Shown here: in pieces, positions 12,493 through 24,088 of the stretch
Position numbering within the stretch: the stretch's first letter is position 1
Layout: each line of letters opens with the position of its first letter
Assembly: GCF_009914755.1 (NCBI RefSeq)
Contig: NC_060935.1
Length of the DNA stretch: 64,000 nt
Strand: one strand, 5' to 3'
Origin: the human T2T-CHM13v2.0 reference genome, Homo sapiens
The notes under the pieces: generated by a model
Seen by the model: the letters and a program-made list of their open reading frames with translations, nothing else
The model's database searches: none
Told to the model about the DNA's origin: nothing
Program-made: the position numbers and the translations under genes

Positions 12493-12995
12493 CACAGTGT
12501 TTGTTTTTCCATTGGTATGTGCTTGCAGCACTTTTAATTGGCAAATCTAGATTTCTACCTTCACTGGGGTCTGGCTCCAACTTGGCCAGGCCTCTTGTGG
12601 CCACAATAGGCTACACCTGGGTGATGGCTTCTTCCTGTAGCTGACCCTATCCCTTTCTGTTGGCCAGAGAACTCACCACCACTCATATGTAGGCATTTGA
12701 GTCCCCCTTCCCATACCCTCCTTTGCTCTATTAGATGATGCTTTTGGATTATGATTGATCTACCAACCATGGACCTGCCTCACTTGATCCTTCTCCAGCC
12801 TTCATCTCACCCACCACTCTGCAGGGCCCTGTGAGATACCTTATCAGGATCTTCTAGAAACTCAGATACATGCTCTCTACTTGATTTCCCTGCCTGCACA
12901 TCTAATAACCCATGAAGAAAGGAAAATACTTGAGTTGACGTGGCCCATTCTTGGTAAACCTGTACTGTTTCCTAGCAGCCACTGCCTCATTTTTA
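12170..12995 (-). mobile_element. L3/CR1 relics with (GT)n at ~12457-12491
   Basis: gtgagataccttatca...catctaataaccc...ttcttggtaaacc resembles antisense CR1 reverse-transcriptase region. Confidence 0.55.
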
Positions 12996-13831
12996 AGTAT
13001 TTAGGAATTGACCCCAAGTAGAAATAGAGGGTGAGCTGAAGTTTGGGGTTTGAGGTTGCAACAAACTACCCTCTCCAAGGAGGACCATACTATAGAAAAA
13101 AAGACAAGGGCTTCAAATTTAAAAAAAATAAACACAGAACAACCGAGAATTTGAGTTTGGTCCAGGCACTTATGAGTGCCATTGGGCAAGATGAGTGTCG
13201 TGTCTTTGTGCAAGACTTTCTCTCCAAGAGTTTCAGTCTCATCCACAAGTGGGAGCTGATTTGTAAAATGAGGCTTCAAGCTATGAAATGAACCAAATGC
13301 TTCTCAGTTGAAAATAGAGAGGGCTGGAGTGGGGCAGAGACCCTGGGGATGAAGCTAGACTATCTGGAAATCTCTGACCTGGACCATCTGGTTTGCAGGA
13401 TTTCCTGATCACTGGCACTAAATAATGACATCTATGCCTCTACAGCTTCTAAGAACCAGAAGTTAACTCGGCCCTCATCCCTAAATCTCTCAGTGTACAG
13501 ATGGGAAAACTGAGGCCCAGCGGAGGGGAAGAGACTTTTGAAAGATCGGAAGTCTGATCTTATTGGGGGCAGAATGGAGATTTTAACCCAGACTTCCTGA
13601 CCGGGGGCTTCCAGTATAGAATAGCAGATTCTATTCGCTATGCCAGTGTATTTCCCACTTTTATGATCCTGACTCAGACTAAGAAATACATTGATAATCA
13701 CTATCTAGAATGCAGCTACACACACACATATGGTATATTTGGATAAAAACATATTTGTAACAAAATAATCACAAAACAATACTTATTTATCCATATGCTA
13801 AACTCTGCATATTCTGTTCTAGTCTACCTTT

Positions 13832-13872
13832 CCCATTCCATCCCATCCCATCCCATCCCATCCCATGCCATT
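13832..13872. repeat. (CCCAT)n pentanucleotide repeat
   Basis: Directly visible. Confidence 0.9.
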
Positions 13873-13944
13873 CTAATCTAGTTTGTTTAAAGATAAAAGT
13901 TCTGGTTGCCACCTGAATTTTTTTTCACTTTTGTCACTGTAAAG

Positions 13945-14507
13945 CAGGGTTGTCCAAATCCTGGGTGCCACCTGCTTTAGTAAATAAAGTTTTATTAGCA
14001 CACAGCTATGCCTATCATTTACATATTGTCTAGGTGATATTGTTTGGCTCTGTCCCCACCCAAATCTCAACTTGAATTGTGTCTCCCAGAATTCCCACGT
14101 GTTGTGGGAGGGACCCAGTGGGAGGTAATAGAATCCTGGGGGCCAGTCTTTCCTGTGCTATTCTCCTGATAGTGCATAAATCTCATGAGATCTGATGGGT
14201 TTATCAGGGGTTCTGCTTTTGCTTCTTTCTCATTTTCTCTTGCTGCTGCCATGTAAGAAGTGCCTTTCACCTCCCGCCATGATTCTGAGGCCTCCCCAGC
14301 CATGTGGAACTGTAAGTCCAATTAAACCTCTTTTTCTTCCCAGTCTTGGGCATGTCTTTAACAATAGTGTGAAAAGGGACTAATACGCCGTGGTTGCTTT
14401 TGAATTAGGACAGCAGAATTGAGTCATCGCAAGAGAGATGGTTGGTTCCACAGAGCCAAAAACATTTATTCTCTAGCCATTTACAGAAATAGTTCATAGA
14501 CCTCCTG
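13945..14507. mobile_element. MER58 split by THE1A
   Basis: taaataaagttttattagcacacagc... resumes after 14387 as gtggttgcttt...ccatttacagaaa. Confidence 0.8.
14035..14387 (+). mobile_element. THE1A solo LTR
   Basis: tgatattgtttggctctgtccccacccaaatctc...gactaatac. Confidence 0.9.
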
Positions 14508-15510
14508 TAGTAGAAAGGCTTCTGGCCCCTGAGTCCACATGTGCCTTCAGAGATTTTAGCGAGAGAGGAGAGGGCAGAGTCAGAAACCCTGGGACTCTAG
14601 GTACCCTTTGCTGGCCTTTCATACCCTGGAGGCTTTCTGAGTGCTCTTGGCTTCTGCAGCTCCAGTTTTGGGCTCATGGACCACTGGGCAAGGGCCACAA
14701 AATGTGGCTTCTGAATTAGCTCCAAGGGGTGGATGGAAGGTGGAAGGGACAGGACCACACCTGGTTTCCAGGCCAAAATCTTGCAGCTGAGGCCCACAGA
14801 GAAGCCTATTCACCAGTCACTGGTTGGCAGTTCTTACTTTAGGCTCTTCTGCCACAACAGTTCTCAGTGAAAATGCTGTGGTTTTCAGTTCCATTGGCTC
14901 ACACTTTGACAGGTGCTGGGTTGTTACCAAGTCTTTGAACAGCCAGTCCTCCTGGTCTGCTGTCTTATTAATGCATGACGAATGGGAGCTGCCATCTTGT
15001 ATGCAATGCAGAGACCCAGAGTGCGTCCTGGGCACCATGGAGATACGATGACGCTTTTCTCAAATGAAACATGACAAGTAGCACCTCAGGAACTGGGGTT
15101 AAAATTGGTTAGTAAGACTAGCAAGACAGATTTTCTGTTGTTGTTAATTAGGAACAAATGTTCGTATGCCCCTGGTTTCACTCCTAGTGGTATTGAAATT
15201 GTTTTTGTGAGGTGACACAGTTGGTTCTGTATTTGAAGATCACATGTCTGTGCCGGATCCCTTATGGAAACAGATTCAGCTCAGTTCCTGCCTGCGTATC
15301 TCATACAAACAGATGATAGAGTTCACTGGCTTATATATTTTGTGTATACATCTATGTGCATGCATTTATCTATACAAAGTATAAGTCATGGATACAGGTC
15401 CATGTAAGTAATGACTACAGAAAGGAAATACATTTAGCCAATAATGAAGTATGCTTCTGTCACACTGCTCAGGCTTACTACTTGCTTATTTTTAATAATG
15501 ATGATGATGA

Positions 15511-16692
15511 TGAGAAAAGAAAAATCGCTCAAAGCATTCTGAGCTATGCAAGGGTATGCAAAATTTATCAGGCCCAGAGAGACATGAGTATGGAGACTTC
15601 AGTCACACCCTACCTCCCCACAACTATGCCTGAGGGCAGTTGTTTAACAGCATTTTGTTCCTGCCTTACCCATTGTCTTCCTGTTCCTGGAATTTGTGGT
15701 ACAAAGAACAATGTATAGCCAATCAATAGCTTGTGTTATTTTAATATAAATTCTTGGTAAACAACTTAGGAACTACCTTTTCTTTTTCTTTAAAAACCCA
15801 CGTGTAACTTCTGCTAACGGGAGCTTATATTCAGGGCAACTTGTGAAACTGCCTTTGCAAAAATTATAACAGTGAGAAAAATCTAACCTAACTCAATGTT
15901 GCCTCTAACCTCACAAGCTAACTGGCTTTGTTAATTTTAAAACAAAGATGATAACAATCCCTTCCTGAAACTAACCCCCTCCTTGCTTAGGGACCAAAAC
16001 TGCTGTTGTAAGACTAATGAAAGGCCACAAGATTAGGATTATAGAAGGGGCCTGAATTCTGCTAGGATGTAGGGGTAGTTAAATGATGACCAGCCATTGT
16101 TCCCTAGCTTGCCTTTCTATAATCATTTACTTCTGTGGAGGTCACAGGATTTATAACTTCCCCAGTTGTTCCTATAGATACGTTCACTATTGTCAAAACC
16201 TAAGATTGGTCTTGAGATATTTTTCAGACTTTTGCATTCTGGTGACCAATTGACTCCATTTGGACCCATGACTCATATCAAGGAACAGATTCCCAACCCT
16301 GAAACCCCCAACCCAGAAACTGACTCAGTGCATGAGGACCATTTTGGACACTCCTATGATTTCATTACTAGCCAGTCAGCAGTACCCATTCCCTAGCCCC
16401 CTGTCTGCCAAATTATCCTTAAAAACCCTAGCCTCCAAGCTTTCAGGGAGGCAGATTGTAAAAATGTCTAGCATCCTCCTGCTTGGCTGGCCCTGCAATA
16501 ATTACACTCTTTCATTGCTGCAATACGAGCTGTTCTCAGTCTTTGGCTTTTCTGGGCAGTGGGCAAGATGCACCTGTTGGGCTGTTACACTTGGTTCTAT
16601 GCTTCCTGGTTGCAGTCCTCAATCTTGGCCCAAATAAACTCTCTACCTATATTAAGTATGCCTCAACAAGTGTTTTTTCCTTTAGGTCAACA
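15511..16692 (+). mobile_element. MER49-like ERV1 solo LTR hosting a nested LTR
   Basis: TG...CA termini, flanks atga/gtga, aataaa near 16633. Confidence 0.7.
15844..16589 (+). mobile_element. LTR8-family (LTR8B-like) solo LTR
   Basis: tgaaactgcctttgcaaaaattata...gttaca; perfect TSD CTTG (15840-15843, 16590-16593). Confidence 0.85.
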
Positions 16693-17559
16693 GTGACAAT
16701 AATAATAGCAACCATTTGTTGAGTGCCTCCTATGTGCTAGGTACTATATTAGATGCTACATGTAAATTTATCTCATTTAATCTCCCCCGCAGCCCCTTCT
16801 AAGTAGATGTATTCGTTTGCATTTGTCTCAGAGCAGTGAGCAGAGTAGGGCTGTTCACAGTCACAAAGCCTCCAGCTTGCTGCTCTGGAGGTAGGTAACT
16901 GAGTATCCTGAGGAACCTCCTCTGCTCTACACAGTGAGGTTCTTTAGTGCCTTGGGAGGACTCAGCTGGGATTTGCTATTCAATTGACACCTACTTGACT
17001 CCATCACACACTGGCTACAAGTCATGTTTCTGCCCTCTGCCATAATTTCTCACTGAACTGTTGAGGGGCATGGGTAAGGCAACACAGTGGTTTTTGTATA
17101 GTCTATTCAGGGACTCTAAGGTTTCATAGGTGCTTCAGGATGGCTGTGAGGGGTGAGGGGTGCCACACAGAGGCCTCTCACCCAGCCTCATCCAAAACTA
17201 TTCTGTCGTTCTCTATAAGATCTTCTCTATAAGATCTCAACAGCAAACAAGTTTTGTTCTCCCTAGCCACATACACATACACACACACATGCACACCCTT
17301 TTGGAAATGCTGCATGTAATGTGTTTGGAACATGTTAGAGATTTCATCAATGCATTTGACATATCTATTTTATTCCTACTGTGTGCCAAGGACTGTGTTA
17401 ACAGCTAAGGACACAGTGGGAAACTGAAAAAACATGGTCTCCGTCCTCACCTAGTTTATATTTCAGTGGGAATGAATAATTCTAAAGTGTAGTAAAGATT
17501 AGGAAGAAAAACATAAAGTTCTGTCTAGGCACACACCAGGGCAATGTGCCCCAGCATTA

Positions 17560-18181
<622 letters not shown>

Positions 18182-18813
18182 CTAGCAAAAGTAAAAAAAA
18201 AAAAGTGAAATTAATTTTAATATATTTACCCAGTATATCTAAAATATCATTTCAACATGTAATCAGTATTAAAAATTATCAATGAGATATTGTGTATTAT
18301 TACATTTTACTAAGTTTTCAAAAATCTAGGGTATACTTGACACTTACAGGGCATCTCAATTGGACTGGCCACCTTTCCAGTGCTCGGTAGCCACGTGGTA
18401 GTGGCTGTGGTATTTGATGATACATCTCCAGACTGAGGAGTTCAGAGAAGTCTCCCAGGGAAGGGGCATTTTAGCTGAGATCTAAAGTAAAGCTGAGTAA
18501 GATTTGAGGAGGTAAAGGGGGCATACGGGGAGAGTGGTCCAGAGAGAGGGGACAGCATATGTGTAAAGGTCAGGGTACAGTTGAGGAACTGGAAGAGTCA
18601 GTGTGGCTGGATCTTAGTGAGTCAGGGCAGAGTATGCAAGATGAGGCTAACAGTGCCTTGAAGACTAAGTGAAAAAACATGGCTTTTAAATCTCAAAAAC
18701 AATGGGAAGCCACTGAGAAATTTTACGATCAAACAAATTAACATTCAGTAAATGGGAATGAAGATCACTCGTGTTTTGGGGCCTCACAAAAACTGTCAAC
18801 TTCTTTTCTCCAG

Positions 18814-18941
18814 ATGGGAGACTGTGGCTTGCCTGCAGGCATGAGCTGCCCTGATTCAGAGAGCAGCTGAGAGTAGGGCCAGCCTCTCTGCATGGGTCTG
18901 CCATATCCTTCAAGAGCAGTTAACACATAGCCCACAGACAG
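18814..18941 (+). pseudogene. Fossil exon, PH-like C-terminus: WETVACLQA*AALIQRAAESRASLSAWVCHILQEQLTHSPQT
   Basis: Acceptor aacttcttttctccag|, donor CAG|GTGTGT; AAES-x6-W-x3-I matches the PH terminal helix; one TGA. Confidence 0.5.
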
Positions 18942-19767
18942 GTGTGTCCCGAGACAGATGCTCCCTGGATGTGGGGTTACTTTGCTCCTCTCCTCTATGA
19001 GAAGAGGGCACAGCTGGGTTCTCAAAGGCATGTCCCCTTCCATGCTCCAATGACCACCCCAAGCAACCACCCCTGGAACTGCCCTGGGTTTGGAGGTGAC
19101 AGGACAGTGTACTCTGCTGGGAGGGGTCCAGTCCATGATGTCTCACCAAAACTTTCTCATGTCACACAAGGCACAGGGTGCCACCTCCTCAGGAGTCCCA
19201 CCTCCCATGGTTCTCTGGTCTCTTGCTTTCTGTTTGGGCATCTCCCTGCTCTATGCCATTGAGTCGTTGAATGAAGGTTTGGGAGGAAGGAAGGCCAGTA
19301 GAGCCCTCCCCAAGGCTCAGACCTCTCCCTTTCTCTTTGGGAGGCCTTCTTCAGAAAGTCCGCTCTTAAATCTGGGGGAGCAAACAGGGAGGGGTGTCAC
19401 CTAAGGAAGGCCTTTGGCACAGGCTTTAAATGTCCAAAGGGAGGGTCAAGGCAGAACCAAGACCAAGGTGTGGGAGTTGCAGGCAGGTAGACTTGCTTTC
19501 ATAAAGGAAAGTGCCATCCAATAATCCGAACTCTCAGATATGTAACTGATTGCCAGGCAGTGAGGAGAAGTCAACTAGATGAACAGAACCTCTGAGGAGA
19601 CCTCAGAGACCTTCTGGAGCCGTGGCTCTAAAATTTCAGTCCTCAGGCTGGGGCTGATCCAAGGCCAATTTCTACTGGACCCCAGTAAAATAGAGAAAGT
19701 GGGAAAATTTTCCATAGAACTCATTTTCAATGCCGAGATTATCTTCCCTGTGTTTTTTCACATTTAG

Positions 19768-20218
19768 GTACAACTTGTTGTGTGAAATGATGGTACTAAC
19801 AGATTATTACTTTTTTATTGCACCTTGGTTGCCAATATTATAAACTCTCCCAGAGAGTATTTTTGAAATTGTAATTGTCCATGAAATCCAAATGCCTGGG
19901 AATATTGATCTAATATAACTGTCCTGTTCCTAAAATCTAAACCATCAAAATCACCTTCACGCCACTCAACCAGCACCACACCCAATGGAAGCCCCAGACT
20001 TTTCACCACTTATGTGTTAGTCTTGAGCCTAAAACCTCAGCTGCATGTCTTACTAATGCATGGGATGTTGGGGATGTTGTCTGAAATTGCCAAGCTCTTA
20101 TTCACAACTTGAGAAGGGCTTGGCCATTGACCATGCCAGAACATCAACAACAGAGACCTTTGGGGATTGATGGGCAACAAGCACTAGTTAGGCTTGAGGA
20201 CTAGCAAATGGCCTGGCT
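19768..20218 (+). pseudogene. Fossil exon, first DH-like N-half: (R)YNLLCEMM..TLVANII..HEIQMPGNIDLI..LFLKS; 3' end uncertain
   Basis: Acceptor tcttccctgtgttttttcacatttag|; DH-like motifs in order across frameshifts; nearest strong donor GCT|GTGAGT. Confidence 0.45.
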
Positions 20219-21478
20219 GTGAGTCTGGTGCTGGTGGAGATAGTGGGTACTCTTTTGTCCAAGAGCCAAGGAGCTTGTCATACACAAGAGACACCCATGC
20301 CAGGGCCACTTGGTAGTGAGGTAGGATTGCCCAAGTGATAGATGATTTATGTAGTCATGCAGGGGGAGGGGCAGGAGTATTTCCAGTGTACATTTCAGCT
20401 GCAGGAGGCTCCCAGGAAGGAACAGGACATCTGGGAACCAAGAACAGCCCATGGGGAGGGGTGACAAGAAAGAGGCATACCAAGTGGAGTGGGGTTCAAG
20501 ACAGAGAGTTCAGACCCAGGATAGAAATCAACTGCTGGGCAGGAAAACTGGACAGAAGAGGCCTAGATACATGGACTGAGCCACCCCATGGCAAGGAAGT
20601 GGGTTGGAAGCAAGAGCAGGTTGTGCTCAATTGGCACCTGGGAGTTGGAGTGTTGCTTCTTTGTCTATATGACCTTCTTGAGGCTCCCCAGTTGGTGAGG
20701 CTGAGATTGCTAATGTCTTCCTGCCCTGGTCAAGTTGGCTGCAGAACTGGGCTGGGAAGAATGTGCAGGGAAAGGCCTCAGCACCTGGAGCTTTGAGGTG
20801 AGAGAAAGACCAGGACTCATGCTATAGAAAAGCAGTCTCTTCAATATGTTCCATGCAACACCAGCAGGCAAGGGAGTTTGGTTAATTCTGCATACTCTAT
20901 CCTCCTCTGGGAGACTTGTAGTGTACATGAATATATTCAAGGCTCTGAGGAGTTCTGTGGAACACAACTAACTTTGCTTAATCCAGCATTCCCAACATGA
21001 TTAAAGCCTGGGACCCTGTGTTAACCACAAGCCTATTAACCTTCCTCAACACTAATGTTTGACAGGAGATCCTGTGGGAAATCCTGCTTGATTTGCCTTA
21101 GACTGAACCTTGAGGCCAACCAAATCCCTTGTGCCTTGAGGCTTTTGTGTGTGTGTGTGTTCATATGCATGCACATGCTACAGCAAGAGAGAGAGAGAGT
21201 CTTCAAAATTGACTGCGGAAATTGCATGATAATGCCACCACCTGCTGCCACCCGAACTGGTCACTTTAATGGGCTCTGACAAGAATACCAAATCTTCACT
21301 TTGATTTGGGTCCATTAATTTCATTCTTTGCAGAGGGTCTGGTTGACTCACTTTGACAACAGAAATATGAAAATTTCAACAGGACAGATGTCCATGACAA
21401 TGCCTTGACTTCTCCCTCTCCTGCCCAGTGTCAAGGCAATTGTATTTCAATTTGTTTTTCCATGGTATTTATGACCAG

Positions 21479-21597
21479 CAGATGCCCTACGATGTGTCCA
21501 AGGCAGTTGGCAAGTGCTAAGAGAGAGAGAGCTGCACACAGGAGGGCTTTACTTGTTACAACAGAACACTGAAGCTGGTCTCAAGAAAGAGTATTAA
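21479..21597 (+). pseudogene. Possible fossil exon, DH C-terminal helix-like: DALRCVQGSWQVLRERELHTGGLYLLQQNTE
   Basis: cagcag acceptor after a pyrimidine tract; AL..V...RE....L..LQ pattern; no clear donor. Confidence 0.3.
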
Positions 21598-21689
21598 ACT
21601 TGCAAGGATGCCTGACCACCAGATGTGACCTGGTTGCCTTGAACTTCACCTTCTTGGAGGAGGCAGCTTCATCTAGTGGCCCGGAGTCT

Positions 21690-21890
21690 GTGTAGGCTGG
21701 AATTCGACTGTCTGTGTTTGAATTTTGCCTCCACCACTTACCAGCTGTTTGACCTTGGGCAAGTTGTTTAACCACTCTCTGTCCTAGTTCTCTAATCTTC
21801 AATAACATTTATCTCATAGCATAACAGTGCAGATTAAATATGTGTAAAGTTCTTAGAGCATAAATAATGGTACAATATATGCTAGTTAAT
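21690..21890 (+). mobile_element. MIR
   Basis: ccaccacttaccagctgtttgaccttgggcaagttgtttaacc core. Confidence 0.85.
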
Positions 21891-21895
21891 ATCAT

Positions 21896-22265
21896 TGTAT
21901 TAGTTCGTTTTCACACTGCTGTAAAGATTACCCAAGACTGGGTAATTTATAAAACAAAGGGAAGACGTTTAATTGACTCCCAGTTTTGCATGGCTGGAGA
22001 GGCCTCAGGAAACTTACAATCATGGCAGAGGGGAAAGCAGCCCATCTTACATGGCAGCAGGTAAGAGAGCATGTATGTGTCAGTACAGGAAAAACTACCA
22101 TTTGTAAAACATCAGATCTTGTGAGAATTCACTCACTATCATGAGAACAGCATGGGGGAAGCCACCCCTGTAATCCAATCACTTCCCATCAGGTCTCTCT
22201 CTAAACATCTGGGGATCACAATTCAAGATGAGATTTGGGTGGAGACACAAAGCCTAACCCTATCA
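21896..22265 (-). mobile_element. THE1D/MSTA-like solo LTR
   Basis: tgtattagtt...tatca; flanks atcat/atgat. Confidence 0.85.
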
Positions 22266-22753
22266 ATGATTAGTATTGAAAGTTTCCTTCATCCTCCTGC
22301 CTAGTAATTACTAACCCTTTCCTTTGTTTGGCATTCAGAAGTAGGGAGGTGTTTCCCTTTCAAAGCTTGGCTCAGGTGTAGATATAAACTCCATTTTTCC
22401 TTTCAGAGAGTCTTGCCTAAGAAAGGGCAACAGGGAAATGAACACTAGGAATGCGAGAAGCATCATCACAATCCAAAGCATACAACACAACATTTACCCT
22501 CCTCCTCGAGATGTAATGTGAGGAATAAATAAGATAGGGTATGCATAGTACTTAGCACAGTGCATTCGCATAATAAAGTTTCATTAAATTTTTATCTATC
22601 AGTATGCTCTCAGTGTCTCCAGTGGTGTTAGAGTTGAGGGAGAAACTTACAGGTGTTACATGTGTTTTCTAATTTAATTCCCCTGTAATAAAGCATTCTG
22701 ATGGAAGATGAGGGCTTAGGGTATAGTCAATATCCATCTTCTCACAAGGACCT

Positions 22754-23112
22754 TGTATTAGTCCATTTTCATGCTGCTGATAAAGGTATACCCAGGACTT
22801 GGCAATTTACAAAAGAAAGAGGTTTATTGGACTTACAGTTCCACGTGGCTGGGGAGGCCTCACAATCACAGCAGAAGGTAAAAGGCACATCTCACGTGGC
22901 AGCAGGCAAGAGAAGAGAGCTTGTGCAAGGAAACTCCCCTTTTTAAAACCATCAGATCTCATGAAACTTATTCTCTATCACAAGCGTAGCATGGGAAAGA
23001 CCTTCCCTCATGATTCAATTACCTCCCACCAGGTTCCTCCCAGGACAGGTGGGAATTGTGGAAGTTATAATTCAAGATGAGATTTGGGTGAGGACACAGC
23101 CAAACCATATCA
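22754..23112 (-). mobile_element. THE1B/C solo LTR
   Basis: tgtattagtcc...ccatatca; perfect 5-bp TSD GACCT. Confidence 0.9.
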
Positions 23113-23711
23113 GACCTTTTTTTTTTTTTTTAAATATGTAAGGAGACTTTTGTCTTATAATTGAGAAAGTTGGAGAGTTTAGCTGAGGTCAGGGACCACG
23201 GGAAGAATGGAGACAAGGACAACAGATAATATGACTTTTGTTCTCTACCTAACCCTTTGGAGAGTGTCTGAGTCCCTAAGGTTAGGAAGGTGAAGGTTGG
23301 AAGCTGAAAGAACTGACCAAGTTTTAGGAGATAATTTGGTGAGCTATGGGCATAAGTAGAACTGCTTTGGAGTCTTGGGGGAAAGGCAAATACAGTTTTG
23401 TCATATTCCATTCTCTCCAACTCTGCGTGGAACTCAGCACTGTTCTGGCTCCCAGGAGTATTCTGGGTGCATTGGGAAATGACACCCTGGCCTGGTTAAG
23501 GCAGTTTCATAAAGTGCACCCTCAACATGGGCAAAACCAAGCCTCCTCTAAGCAGCTTTTCAGACCATGAGCTCAATCAGGGAAAGCAGGGCAGGAAAGG
23601 AAGAGCATGGTGGACACACTACATGGTAACAGTAGGGGATATATTTACAGGTCCACATGAGTCTGAGCTCTCCTAGAAGTACCAGGGGCACACCTGGAGG
23701 GCAGGATCTCT

Positions 23712-23920
23712 AGCAGAGGTGGCAAATCCACAGCATTCTTGCTGCCACTCTTATTCCCGTGTATTCAGTGCCAGGACAGACATCACTAATCTATTACTGC
23801 CGTCTTTCTGATGAACTCAGATGCAGCCTCAGAATCCTCAACTTAGTGTTCCAGGCAACCCCAACCAACTGATAAAAGCTGATGGAGAAGGTAAAAAGCT
23901 ATGTAGTCTTTGACCTATCA
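23712..23920. mobile_element. MER112-like hAT relic
   Basis: cagacatcactaatc...gcctcagaatcct motif. Confidence 0.5.
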
Positions 23921-24088
23921 TATAAAATCAGTGATTTCAGACAGAGCCTTCAAGATCCTTCATGACTAGGATCCTGTCTGATAGCTAAGCTGAAGCCTCC
24001 CTGAATACTCTGTGACATTGTCCCACCTTATCCCTGCTTTTTCCTCCTCTCAGAAATGGACTTTGCCATCTTTTCAACTTATATATAG

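Noticed and set aside
13043-13291. 82-aa protein-looking ORF
   Set aside because: Non-ATG start, no convincing splice sites or domain match; cannot be tied to the fossil gene.
20335-20796. 153-aa ORF as an intact gene
   Set aside because: GTG start, purine/G-rich composition explains its length, no recognisable product.
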